The notes: generated by a model from the letters alone, not told the origin. A stretch of 27,344 bases of DNA from Deltaproteobacteria bacterium (GCA_034670305.1 JAXMNT010000074.1:1-27344), one strand, 5' to 3'. Numbered from the stretch's first letter, positions 7,801 to 15,939 are shown. Program-made: numbers and translations.

Positions 7801-9118
7801 AGCCATTGGGGTCGGTGTTCTGACAGGAGACGGCTGGGTAGCGTGCAGGGTCTTCCCCGCGTTCTGCCCGCAGCGCACCCGCGAGTGCGTGGTTCCAGGA
7901 GGCGAGTGCCTCGAGGGTGGGGCGGAGCAGGTGCGGCGAGAGGCCGTCGCCGAACCGCCAGAACAGTCGCCGGGCACCGCGGTCGCCTGGAGCGACTCGA
8001 ACCGGTGCACCCGATGCATCCCGAATGGGGTTGCCCTCGGCATCACGGCCGAACCACACGTCGAAGAGATCGTGCCGAACCGTGGGCGCACCGACTCCGC
8101 GGCGTGGGTCCCCCTCGGGCATGGACTCGTCCGTGACGGACATCGTCAAGCTGGTGACCTGTGCGCTGGCGAGTTCGGGCTGTGTCGTGGGCAGGTAGTC
8201 TTCTTCGCCCCGCCGGAGAAACGTGGTGCGGATCCAAACGCGCCCTTCGCATCCCTCGTCGGTGCACGACTCAGAAGCGATTCGTTCCGCCCGCAACCCC
8301 GAGAGGCCGTAGAGCTCGCCAACCTCCAGTCGACCGACCAGAGGTACTTCGAGCGGCGAGCAGTCGGGAGATGAAGCGTCCGCGCACGTGAAGCGTCGCG
8401 AGCGGGGCGTCGCGGTGCTCGGGTCGGACCCAGGGGGCGCGGTCAACGCCACCAGCCCGCGGACCAACCTGGTCGGCGTGGTGAACTCGAGTGAGGAAGA
8501 CGTGGCACTCAGATCGAGACGAACATGGGTGTGTTCGTCCCAAGGCAACCGGACGTTGAGTGGCCGGAACGAGCCGTCTGCTTCTTCGATTGCGTCGAAG
8601 TGCTCCAGGATCGGAACCACCGCGAGAGGGGTCGGGTCGTCTTCACGAAACGCGATCAACGCAGACTCCGTCACCTCGAGCCGCACCCGTCCCGACGCGT
8701 GCCCGAACGCACCGTCTCGGGGATCGTGTCCGAAGGAGCCCGTGTTCATGAACCGCGCGGCGTTGTCGTCGGTCGCCACCACGACCTCGACCATCGCCCA
8801 ACTTCCCGTCTCGAGGTCGGCGGTCGCCACGATCGCGTCTCCATCGACTGGGGGCGTCGCACCGTCTGGAAGGGGCGCATCGATTGCGGCGTCGGTCGGC
8901 ACGCCTGCGTCTCGGTTTGGACCGGGCAGCGTGAGCACTCCTCCGTCCGGAAGAAGACAGCTCAGACCATCCGATGTTGTCGTCGTTCCCTCTGGGCAGA
9001 CGCAGTAGCTACCGGTTGGACCATCGACCTGATCGAACGGACCACAGAAATCTTCATCACCACACGCGAAACCGAGGAACGCGAGCGCCACACAAACGAG
9101 ACAGTTGAGCCAAGACAT
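4871..9118 (-). CDS. Large lipoprotein related to myxobacterial zinc-dependent metalloproteases (metzincin-like), catalytic motif degenerate
   Basis: Lipobox FLGFA-C. FSVGRALGLEPNLAGSSD aligns by eye with HExGHxLGLxHNFAGSxD, followed by STVLDV (SVMDY-like) and GRYDSFAL. Start 9118 has TATGGT 7 nt upstream. Confidence 0.65.
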   Translation of the reverse strand: MSWLNCLVCVALAFLGFACGDEDFCGPFDQVDGPTGSYCVCPEGTTTTSDGLSCLLPDGGVLTLPGPNRDAGVPTDAAIDAPLPDGATPPVDGDAIVATADLETGSWAMVEVVVATDDNAARFMNTGSFGHDPRDGAFGHASGRVRLEVTESALIAFREDDPTPLAVVPILEHFDAIEEADGSFRPLNVRLPWDEHTHVRLDLSATSSSLEFTTPTRLVRGLVALTAPPGSDPSTATPRSRRFTCADASSPDCSPLEVPLVGRLEVGELYGLSGLRAERIASESCTDEGCEGRVWIRTTFLRRGEEDYLPTTQPELASAQVTSLTMSVTDESMPEGDPRRGVGAPTVRHDLFDVWFGRDAEGNPIRDASGAPVRVAPGDRGARRLFWRFGDGLSPHLLRPTLEALASWNHALAGALRAERGEDPARYPAVSCQNTDPNGYCFCADALNPTCPGAYDPLLTPEAAETAGAQNPIRCHIDIDASADPNWEGAVAAADFGAWSGAQLVGDECIFRRLDADADPAYLGTGDPRVLSIGADATERFLGFGDITGDPVTGKARGGSVRLGTGSLDALVDLALRWRDLYVDGTTEGATDIDQPGLVEPPTAAAPAVHAGVVTNANARAAMQSRRAAALARAALLDGPEGRLLSEMRIGRLRDTEIEQELLGLEDAAYFANTEAVGDATEAMIRAGSPIRRPIGERLDAWRSEELDALRAGMLRRSGSDAWDSTLALLAESTSRDGFRFAVSRRIARGAMLFSVGRALGLEPNLAGSSDGANHGDLALATDASIALPASPDPDDRFVDMDVHRRAFDAVLLERERAGAAEAQTSTVLDVSRSAVLPMRSTGRYDSFALAHAYLGLSEIYDNTKDPSGTNRAPLPVADVTPLNTRRVAVRTYRGGESCSAAIVCPYSASGARAAELTAGNTASGLVQSCNGASVCSSFTDDLAAMPEPWLAIEFQSCGLDDRLPRCTLRDHGSSARAVLRDRALRYEQTWVVRTHRLGRASFSPGQHQAELARIFEPTVRIAAGFFQDDLAARDGAFVGYDLGFAVADTANLVSRIVAGPWAADLGDLGTSADRLEPATGALVNLSLPIGTFRPFDSVGDPRSAVGSWPDAVFATEVLTSRDTLGTSASVWDGFAPEVESVIEGGFPTRTGSLLGPWLDCSPGDCEGARVVHRDLFQGNCPGGVAPGDDCLTPELRLLPLTPVSSTLPRIGRWVALLGAVNLATTDSRRPDVRQFVCVSGSVGCPRIPSGLSEGLDFSRVRDHTVTEATYVAFRDSAFVEREPFGLGFETVRHASDDQFLQLATAVYLGDHLPGDPPPSESHLTAEQRGRMAQLGYVLPDDEGVAVRLRDAFGESFEGRARTVEFLAKLHALFGTAAEVAAFVGGACVAAGDDCVDDAGELGVCRSGPLRCEAL

Positions 9119-9161
9119 GGCGCGCACCATATCGCGCTTCGAAAGGAACGCACACGGAGCA

Positions 9162-9191
9162 GTGGCGCGTCCGGGTTCGAGGATGCGCCAC
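9162..9191. terminator. Hairpin downstream of the FdhF/YdeP gene, possible terminator
   Basis: GTGGCGCGTCC (9162-9172) pairs with GGATGCGCCAC (9181-9191), with one non-Watson-Crick pair. No clear U-tract. Confidence 0.35.
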
Positions 9192-9208
9192 CCAAACGCC
9201 AGGGGAGG

Positions 9209-11413
9209 CTATGCGGGTTCGATGCGGACCACCGCGTTGTAGTCGGGGACGAGGCCGCCGGGGTCGTGGCGGCCGGTGGGGATGAGTACGTTGGCTTCGG
9301 GCCAGTGCATCTGCACAGAACCGGGCGTCACGCGCACGACGAACGCGCGGCCATGGAAAGAGCCGTGTTCGTTGTGCACGCGGATCGGGTCGTCGTGTTC
9401 GACGCCGAGTCGGCGGGCGTCGCGCGGGCTGATGAGGACGTGGTCGCGGGCGGCGCCGGTGAGCTGGTCGACCGCGGACTGAATCAAGCTGTTGAATTGT
9501 TTGCCGCGCCGGGTGGCGAGGTGGAGCAAACCGTCTTCGAGCCGGCGGTCGGGCGCGGGGACGAACTCGAACTGGCCTTTGCCGCTCGGCGTCCCGAACG
9601 TGCCCTCCGCGCACAGATGGCGGCCGCCCCACTGGAACTGATCGCCCTTCTTCTCGAGGCTGGCGATCTCTGCGTACGCGGGAAGCGTCGCGGCGATGTC
9701 TTGCCGAATGGCCGCGCTGTCTTCGTACGCGAGAAACTCGGTGGTCTCGGGACGGGCCGCGCGCACGACGTCGGTGACGATGCGCCACTCCTCCCGCGCT
9801 TCGCCGATCTCGTGGCCGGGCACATGCGGGCTGTAGATCACGCGGCGTTCGGTGGTGGTCTCGGTGAGGCCGCCGCGGTGTTCGTACCGGGTGCGGGCCG
9901 GAAGCAAGTACGCGACCTCGGCCGGCTCGACGAGCATGGAGGTGGTGAGGAAGAGATCCTGGTGGATGCGGAGCGGGATGGTGCCGAGCGCGGCTTCGAC
10001 CCGCGCGGGGTTCGGAAGCACGTCGAGGAACGCGCCGCCGATCGCATAGAGCACTTCGAGCTGTCCTTCGGACGCGGCTTCCATCATCGCGACGGTGTCC
10101 CAGCCGACGATCGCCGGCGGGCGGAAGCCCCACAGAGACTCGAGCTCGTCGGCGGATGCTTCGGTGATCGGCCGGCCCGGGAACGTGGTCGCGTAGGCGC
10201 CCATCTCCGCGCCGCCCTGCACGCCCGAGTGGCCGCGGATCGGCATCAGGCCGGTGCCGTTGCGGCCGACCCAGCCCTGCGAGAGCGCGAGCTGACAGAC
10301 CTGCGCGATGGTGTCGGTGCCGTGGCTGTGCTGGGTCAAGCCCATGCTCCACACGAAGATCCCGTTGCCCGCCGATTCGAGTTCGTCGGCGAGCGCGATC
10401 ACCTCGGCGCGTTCGCACCCGCTGCGCGCGATGAGCTCGTCGAGGTCTTCGAAGTCGAGCGCGCGTGCGTAGGCTGCGTAGCCTTCGGTGTGCGCGTCGA
10501 TGAAGTCGTGCTGGATGGCGCGACGACCGATGAGGATCTTCTGCACCGCTTGGGCGAGCGCCATGTCGCCGCCGGAGGCGACGTGCACGAAGCGGTCGGC
10601 GATCTCCGTGCCGAGCACCGCGCTGTCGGCGTTCGAGGGGATCCAGTACTTGCGCATGCCGGGCTCTTCGTAGGTGTTCACCACCACCACGCGGGCCCCG
10701 CGTTTCTTCGCTTCGTAGAGGTACTTGAGCGCGACCGGCTGGTCGTTCGCGGGGTTGCTGCCCCAGAACACGATGACGTCCGTCTCGTACCAGTCGATGT
10801 AGCTGCAGGTGCTCGCCGCGGCGCCGAGCACCTTCTTCATCGCGGCGGTGGATGGGCTGTGGCAAAGCCGCGCCGCGTTGTCGATGTGGGGGGAGCCGAG
10901 CGCGCGCCAGGCTTTCTGAGCGGCGAAGTAGATCTCGTTCGTGATGCCGCGCGAAGTCATGTAGCAGGCGCTCTTCATCGGATCGGCCGCGCCGAGCCGC
11001 GCACCGATGCCTTCGAGCGCTTCGTCCCAGGAGATGCGGGTGTAGCCGGCTTCGCCTTTGCGCCACCGCATCGGGTACGGGATGCGGCCGAGCTCGCGGA
11101 GCTCTTTCGGGGTCTTCGCCTTCAAGGACTCGACGTCTTCGAGCAGGCGCACGTTGAGCGCGCCCATCGTGTTCACCCGCAGCAGGTTGAGCCGCACCAG
11201 ACACAGGTGGGTGCCGTCGATGGTCCAGTCCTTCAGACCGCTCGTACCGAGCGCACATCCGTCGCAGACCCCGTCGTTGAGGATGCGCCAGGCGTAGTTC
11301 CACTTGCCGGCGTTGTCCCAGAGGATCTGCGCCATCTCGAGGTAGTGGTGGGGTTTGGTCGCTCCGATGCCAAAGGGCAGCTTGGAGTCGAGAACCGGCA
11401 GAGACTTCGTCAT
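9209..11413 (-). CDS. FdhF/YdeP-family molybdopterin oxidoreductase
   Basis: GVCDGCALG, ARLCHSPS, WSMGLTQH, PIRGHSGVQG, TETTTERR and a C-terminal TRRGKQFNS..WPEANVL..PDYNAVV molybdopterin-dinucleotide domain. ATG 11413 preferred (TG-G-CACCAT 7 nt upstream); 11422 is the alternative. Confidence 0.92.
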   Translation of the reverse strand: MTKSLPVLDSKLPFGIGATKPHHYLEMAQILWDNAGKWNYAWRILNDGVCDGCALGTSGLKDWTIDGTHLCLVRLNLLRVNTMGALNVRLLEDVESLKAKTPKELRELGRIPYPMRWRKGEAGYTRISWDEALEGIGARLGAADPMKSACYMTSRGITNEIYFAAQKAWRALGSPHIDNAARLCHSPSTAAMKKVLGAAASTCSYIDWYETDVIVFWGSNPANDQPVALKYLYEAKKRGARVVVVNTYEEPGMRKYWIPSNADSAVLGTEIADRFVHVASGGDMALAQAVQKILIGRRAIQHDFIDAHTEGYAAYARALDFEDLDELIARSGCERAEVIALADELESAGNGIFVWSMGLTQHSHGTDTIAQVCQLALSQGWVGRNGTGLMPIRGHSGVQGGAEMGAYATTFPGRPITEASADELESLWGFRPPAIVGWDTVAMMEAASEGQLEVLYAIGGAFLDVLPNPARVEAALGTIPLRIHQDLFLTTSMLVEPAEVAYLLPARTRYEHRGGLTETTTERRVIYSPHVPGHEIGEAREEWRIVTDVVRAARPETTEFLAYEDSAAIRQDIAATLPAYAEIASLEKKGDQFQWGGRHLCAEGTFGTPSGKGQFEFVPAPDRRLEDGLLHLATRRGKQFNSLIQSAVDQLTGAARDHVLISPRDARRLGVEHDDPIRVHNEHGSFHGRAFVVRVTPGSVQMHWPEANVLIPTGRHDPGGLVPDYNAVVRIEPA

Positions 11414-11450
11414 CGCGCGCATGGTGCCACATGGGAACCCGACCGCGGAA

Positions 11451-11558
11451 AGCGCCAGCGGCAGCGGCAGCGGCAGCGGCAGCGGTAGCGGTAGCGGTAG
11501 CGGCAGCGGCAGCGGCAGCGGTAGCGGTAGCGGTAGCGGTAGCGGTAGCCGTAGCGGA
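11451..11558. repeat. Hexamer microsatellite (GCGGCA/GCGGTA)n
   Basis: Alternating blocks of AGCGGC and AGCGGT units. Confidence 0.95.
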
Positions 11559-11560
11559 GA

Positions 11561-11588
11561 AGGCCGGCGCCCAGTTGGACGCCGGCCT
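11561..11588 (-). terminator. Hairpin just after the four-helix-bundle stop codon
   Basis: AGGCCGGCG (11561-11569) and CGCCGGCCT (11580-11588) form a perfect 9-bp stem 6 nt beyond the stop. The U-tract is weak. Confidence 0.5.
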
Positions 11589-11594
11589 CACCCG

Positions 11595-11909
11595 TCAGCG
11601 GCTGAGCTTGTAGAGCATCGCGCAGACGTGGTCGCACCGGTCGAGCAGCCCCGCGTCGAGTTCCACGTACCCGAAGACCTCCGCGAGCTGCATCGCTGCC
11701 TTGAGCTCGCTGCACTCCCCATACGCAATCGAGAACTTGTCATGAGACCGCAGCCCCCGCGCTTGCCGAGCCTCCGCAATGTTCAAGACCACGCTCTGCG
11801 CCGCCCGCTGCATCTGGGAAGCGAGCGAAGCGTCGTACTTGCGCACGGCCGGCAGCACTTGAGCGCGCAGCAAACGCACGAGTTCGAAAGAAGTTTGTAG
11901 AACGATCAT
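11595..11909 (-). CDS. Four-helix-bundle protein (23S rRNA intervening-sequence protein / bAvd-like family)
   Basis: 104 aa with signature LASQMQRAAQSVVLNIAE..F.IAYGECSEL..AML. SD-like AGGGG about 7 nt upstream of the ATG. Confidence 0.9.
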   Translation of the reverse strand: MIVLQTSFELVRLLRAQVLPAVRKYDASLASQMQRAAQSVVLNIAEARQARGLRSHDKFSIAYGECSELKAAMQLAEVFGYVELDAGLLDRCDHVCAMLYKLSR

Positions 11910-11942
11910 CGGAGACCCCTGTGTGAAGACGACCGAGCGACA

Positions 11943-12072
11943 TGCCCGGCGGCCGCAGGCCGCCGTCGTCTGGCGGGTCAGGGGTCAAGGGCGAAGCGGC
12001 GCGCAGGCGCCGGGCCGCAGGCCCCCTTGAGGCCTGGCACGCCAGACGACACGCTTGATCACCCGCCGGGCA
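11943..12072 (+). promoter_or_regulatory. Branched hairpin, putative Frpo-like ssDNA promoter for the four-helix-bundle gene
   Basis: Long imperfect stem 11965-11991/12024-12050 capped by GCGAAGC, GGCGC-GCAG-GCGCC and GGGCC-GCA-GGCCC mini-hairpins. The 3' arm carries TTGAGG (12027-12032), 17 nt, then CACGCT (12050-12055). Confidence 0.65.
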
Positions 12073-12105
12073 CCCCACCCCTGCTTCGCACCCAACCCCG
12101 AGTCC

Positions 12106-12131
12106 GAAGAAGCGGAAGCGTCAGCGGAAGC
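12106..12131. repeat. Short degenerate GCGGAA hexamer run
   Basis: GAAGAAGCGGAAGCGTCAGCGGAAGC, in the same orientation as the array at 11451-11558. Confidence 0.55.
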
Positions 12132-12218
12132 AGGTGGCCTGGCCGGTTCGGGGAATCGCGGGGGTTGCTTGGGGGTTTGGTTGCTCCCATGCTCCGCGCG
12201 CCCATGATTCGCCCCTCC

Positions 12219-12626
12219 ATGCGCTGTCTTGCGCTCCTCATTCCCGTGCTCGTCGCGTGTGCCCCGGAGATCGGGGACGGCTGCGAGACGTCGGTGGACT
12301 GCTCGGTCAACGGCGAGCGCATCTGCGACCGCACCCAGCCCGGCGGCTACTGCACCATCCAGGGGTGCGAACCCGACACCTGCCCCGACGGAGCCTCCTG
12401 CGTGGAGTTTCGCGGCATGCCAGACCGCACCTCGGTGACGTTCTGCATGGACGGCTGCGGGAACGACGGCGATTGCCGAACCGACTACGTCTGCGTCAAC
12501 GACATGGACGCGCGCCTGCTCGAAGGTTACCCGGACGATCTCGACTCCATGTCACTCGCACGGGTGATCGATCTGAACGAGGGCCGCGCCGACGACTCGT
12601 TCTGCGTCACCGACCCCGACATGTAG
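12219..12626 (+). CDS. Small Cys-rich lipoprotein (myxobacterial type)
   Basis: Lipobox IPVLVA-C; mature CAPEIGDGC..DC..RICD.TQPGGYCT..GC..CP pattern. The earlier in-frame starts (12027 etc.) run through the hairpin region and look non-coding. Confidence 0.8.
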   Translation: MRCLALLIPVLVACAPEIGDGCETSVDCSVNGERICDRTQPGGYCTIQGCEPDTCPDGASCVEFRGMPDRTSVTFCMDGCGNDGDCRTDYVCVNDMDARLLEGYPDDLDSMSLARVIDLNEGRADDSFCVTDPDM

Positions 12627-12655
12627 GTCGCCGGAAGCAGGGCATGTAGGTGGGC

Positions 12656-12816
12656 GCTCCTGCTTCCGCTTCCGCGTCCGCTTCCGCTCCCGCTTCCGCT
12701 TCCGCTTCCGCTTCCGCTTCCGCTTCCGCTTCCGCTTCCGCTTCCGCTTCCGCTTCCGCTTCCGCTTCCGCTTCCGCGTCCGCCAGCCGCAGCCGCTTCC
12801 GCGCTTCCGCTTCCGC
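12656..12816. repeat. Hexamer microsatellite (GCTTCC)n
   Basis: Long near-perfect tandem run between the lipoprotein and slt genes. Confidence 0.95.
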
Positions 12817-12880
12817 GACTGCCCTTTTCCGGCCGCTGGGAAATGAAGGCGGCCCCGCCAGACGTGGTAACAGCGTTCCC

Positions 12881-15040
12881 GTGGCGCTCCGTCTCCCCAG
12901 CCCTGCCGGCCACCCGGCCACCCTCGCTGTGCTGGCGGTGCTTGCGCTCGCCACGACCGCAGCCGCCCAGGAGCCGCCGGTCCCCGAAGCCGTCCGCCTC
13001 CACGTCGAACACGGGCAGTTCGCCGAAGCCCTCGAAGCCCTCGGAAGCGCCACCGCAGAAGAAACTCCGGCCCACCGCTACTTGAGAGGCCGGCTGCTCG
13101 AGTGGCTCGGTCGCGACGCCGAAGCCGCCGAGGCGCTCGACCTCACCGAGACCCTGCCCGCCAGCATCCTCGAAGACGCCGCGCTGCGCCGAGGCTCGCT
13201 TCTGACCCGCCTCGGCCGCTGTGAGCCGGCGCGCCCGGCACTGCTTCGCGTCCGCCGCACCCGAGACGCACAGGTCGCGCGCGCGCTTATGGCGCAGTGC
13301 CTTCTCCGAGACGCGACCGACACCGAGTCCCGCGCCGCCGCCATCACCGCCTTGCGCGCCGTCGCCGCCGAAGCCGGCCGGGACGTCGACACCTTCGCGG
13401 TGCAGGCGCTGCTCGCCGAGGCGCTCGATCTTCAAGGCGACGCACCCGCCGCCACCACCATCCGCCGCCGCCTCTACATCGAACGGCCGGAGCACCCGGA
13501 CGCGGCGCTGCTCCCGGTGCCCACCGATCTCTCCATCGACGAGACGCTGCGTCGCGCGGACGAGCTGGCCGATGCGCTCCGACACGCGGACGCGGTCGCG
13601 CTCCTCGACGGCGGTCCACCGTCCGGCGCCTCGCGCTCCCAGCAGGCCACCTGGCTGCACCAGCTCGGCATGGCGCTGTACAAGACCCGCCACCACTACG
13701 ACCGGGCCGCGGAGATCTTGCGCCGCGCGAGCCGGCTCGGTGGCAGCGACGCCCTCGAGGACGAGTTCCACGCCGCCCGCGCGCTCTCCCGCGCCGATCA
13801 AGACGCCGACGCCATCCGCGCGTACCGCCGCTTCGCCCGCACCCACCGCCGCCACCGGCGCGCGGCCGAAGCCGAGTACCTCGCGGCCTGGCTGGAGCTG
13901 CGCACCCGCCCCGCCGCGGGCCGTCGCGCCTTCGAACGTTACCTCCGCGGCGCCGGCCGCACCGACGGCCGCCGACGGTCCAACGCGGAGTGGCACCTCG
14001 GCATGGGCGCGTTCGATGCCGGCAACCACACCGAAGCCGCCCGGCGCTTCACCGACTACGCCGGCAACAGCCGCGACCCGATGCGGGGCGGTCGAGGTCT
14101 GTACTGGGCCGGGCGTGCGCACCACCTCGCCGGACGCACGACCCGCGCCGCCGCGCTCTACCGGCAGGTCCGCGCGATGGACCCGCTGCACTGGTACGGG
14201 CTGCACGCGGAGAAGCGACTTGCGGAGCTCGGCATCACCGAAGACATCCCGCTCCGCGCCGCTGGCGAAGCGACCCCGCTCCCGACGCCGCCCCTGCCCG
14301 CCGACGTCGAGTTGCTGCTCGGTCTTGGCCTCGCCTCCGACGCCCGCGAACGCCTCGCTCGACTGGAGTCCTCCCTGCGCGAGGCTGCACCGCGCGGCCG
14401 ACGCGCGGAGTACATCGTCGCGGCCTACCAGCGCGTTGGCGATGCCTACCGGGGTTTCCGGCGCGCGGTCGCGGCCCGTTCCCAGCTCAACACCGCTCCG
14501 TCGGGTTCGGCCGAATGGGCGTGGCGTGGCGCCTACCCGCGTCCCCACGAGGCGGTGGTCCGGCGCGAAGCCGCGCGGCACGGCATCCCGTTCGAACACG
14601 TGTACGCAACGATGCGCCAGGAGAGTCAGTACGAACCGCAGGTCGTCAGCCGCGCCGATGCGATCGGTCTGTTGCAACTGATCCCGGCGTCCGCACAGAG
14701 CGCGGCGCGACGGCTCGGCGTGCCCTACGCGCGCGACCGGCTCTTCGACCCCGAGTACAACATCCAGCTCGGCGTCGGTGAGATGGTCGGCCTGTGGCGA
14801 CGCTTCGACGGCGCGATCCCGCTGGTGATCGCGGCCTACAACGCGGGCGCGGCGCGGGTCACCCGCTGGATCCGCGAACTCGGTCCCGCCGAGCTCGATC
14901 TCTTCGTCGAACGCATCCCCTTCGACGAGACCCGCAACTACGTCCGGCGCGTCACCTCCCACTTCGCACGCTACCGCTACATGGAAGACCCCACCGGCCG
15001 ACCTCCGCTGCCCGCACGCGTCCCCGTCTCCGAGGACTGA
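12881..15040 (+). CDS. slt: Soluble lytic murein transglycosylase (Slt-like, TPR + SLT domain)
   Basis: Signal peptide, TPR-like helices, and SLT motifs MRQES, AIGLLQL, AAYNAG, ETRNYV. GTG 12881 chosen because TG-G-TAACAG lies 7 nt upstream; the ORF-track start at 12650 reads through the microsatellite. Confidence 0.88.
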   Translation: MALRLPSPAGHPATLAVLAVLALATTAAAQEPPVPEAVRLHVEHGQFAEALEALGSATAEETPAHRYLRGRLLEWLGRDAEAAEALDLTETLPASILEDAALRRGSLLTRLGRCEPARPALLRVRRTRDAQVARALMAQCLLRDATDTESRAAAITALRAVAAEAGRDVDTFAVQALLAEALDLQGDAPAATTIRRRLYIERPEHPDAALLPVPTDLSIDETLRRADELADALRHADAVALLDGGPPSGASRSQQATWLHQLGMALYKTRHHYDRAAEILRRASRLGGSDALEDEFHAARALSRADQDADAIRAYRRFARTHRRHRRAAEAEYLAAWLELRTRPAAGRRAFERYLRGAGRTDGRRRSNAEWHLGMGAFDAGNHTEAARRFTDYAGNSRDPMRGGRGLYWAGRAHHLAGRTTRAAALYRQVRAMDPLHWYGLHAEKRLAELGITEDIPLRAAGEATPLPTPPLPADVELLLGLGLASDARERLARLESSLREAAPRGRRAEYIVAAYQRVGDAYRGFRRAVAARSQLNTAPSGSAEWAWRGAYPRPHEAVVRREAARHGIPFEHVYATMRQESQYEPQVVSRADAIGLLQLIPASAQSAARRLGVPYARDRLFDPEYNIQLGVGEMVGLWRRFDGAIPLVIAAYNAGAARVTRWIRELGPAELDLFVERIPFDETRNYVRRVTSHFARYRYMEDPTGRPPLPARVPVSED

Positions 15041-15093
15041 GCCCAACGACTGATGACGCTTGCCCTCGGGCGGGCGCTGCGCGATACGGCTGC

Positions 15094-15939
15094 ATGGCAC
15101 TCGATCCCAACGCAGTCGGCAAGACCACCCGCGAGCTCGTGCACGAGTACAGCTGGAAGGACGTGGTGCTCTACGCGCTCGGCGTCGGGACCACCGAGAA
15201 CGAACTCGACTTCCTCTACGAGAAGCGCGGACCGAAGGTGCTGCCGACCTACGCGGTGGTGCCCACCTTCCCGGTGTGCGCGGAGCTCTTCGACATCGTC
15301 GGCGGCGACATGCTCGGTGTGGTGCACGGCGCGCAGCGCATCACGCTGCACAAGCCATTCGCACCGGAAGGCAAACTCACCACCATCGGCCGCGTCGACA
15401 AGGTCTACGATCTGAAGCGCATGGCGCAGTCCATCTTCGCCACCGAGACCCGCGACGCCTCCGGGGATCTCGTCTGCGAGACCGAGTGGGAGATCATCTT
15501 CCGGCTCGACGGCGGCTTCGACGGACCACGTCCGCCGAAGAGCTTCCGCGTCAAAGCGCCGGAGTCCGACGCCGACCACACCGTGCGCGCGTCGACCGCC
15601 CGCGAACAAGCCGCGCTCTACCGCTTGAGCGGCGATCTGAACCCGCTCCACATCGATCCAGAGATCGGCGAGCAGGTCGGCTTCGGCCGCCCCATCCTCC
15701 ACGGCCTGTGCACCTTCGGCTACGTGGGACGCGCGGTGCTCCACACCTACTGCGACGGCGACCCGGCGCGTCTGCGCGAACTCCGCGGACAGTTCCGCAA
15801 GCCGGTGTGGCCGGGCGACACGCTGATCACCGCGATGTGGAACGACCCGGAAGAAGATCGACTCATCGTGCGCACGACCACCGACGAACGCCCGGACGAG
15901 GCGTGTTTCATGAACGCCTACGCCCGCGTCTCTGCCTGA
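15094..15939 (+). CDS. MaoC-family double-hotdog (R)-specific enoyl-CoA hydratase (MFE-2 hydratase-like)
   Basis: DVVLYALGVG, VLPTYAV, VVHGAQ, and the hydratase-2 motif LYRLSGDLNPLHIDP..GFGRPILHGLCT. Confidence 0.92.
   Translation: MALDPNAVGKTTRELVHEYSWKDVVLYALGVGTTENELDFLYEKRGPKVLPTYAVVPTFPVCAELFDIVGGDMLGVVHGAQRITLHKPFAPEGKLTTIGRVDKVYDLKRMAQSIFATETRDASGDLVCETEWEIIFRLDGGFDGPRPPKSFRVKAPESDADHTVRASTAREQAALYRLSGDLNPLHIDPEIGEQVGFGRPILHGLCTFGYVGRAVLHTYCDGDPARLRELRGQFRKPVWPGDTLITAMWNDPEEDRLIVRTTTDERPDEACFMNAYARVSA

Noticed and set aside
8525-11591. Long antisense/alternate ORFs (987 aa +, 844 aa -) over the FdhF/YdeP gene, and similar shadows elsewhere
   Set aside because: Typical stop-poor shadow frames of high-GC coding DNA; Arg/Ala/Gly-rich with no motifs.
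11595-11909. Diversity-generating retroelement or 23S rRNA intervening sequence
   Set aside because: The protein family fits, but no reverse transcriptase, no TR/VR pair differing at adenines, and no rRNA sequence are visible in the window.
11943-12072. tRNA or known riboswitch
   Set aside because: No T-loop/D-loop/CCA or recognisable aptamer consensus. GNA triloops on the non-transcribed-sense strand favour a DNA structure, although an unknown ncRNA is not excluded.
12125-12641. 10-bp direct repeat CGGAAGCAGG flanking the small lipoprotein gene (12125-12134 and 12632-12641)
   Set aside because: Largely made of the local hexamer consensus, so chance similarity is likely. The second copy is also explained as a hairpin arm pairing with 12659-12668.
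12650-12880. ASASAS.. N-terminal extension of slt in the ORF track
   Set aside because: It is read-through of the stop-free (GCTTCC)n array. The signal peptide and a -10 box point to GTG 12881.
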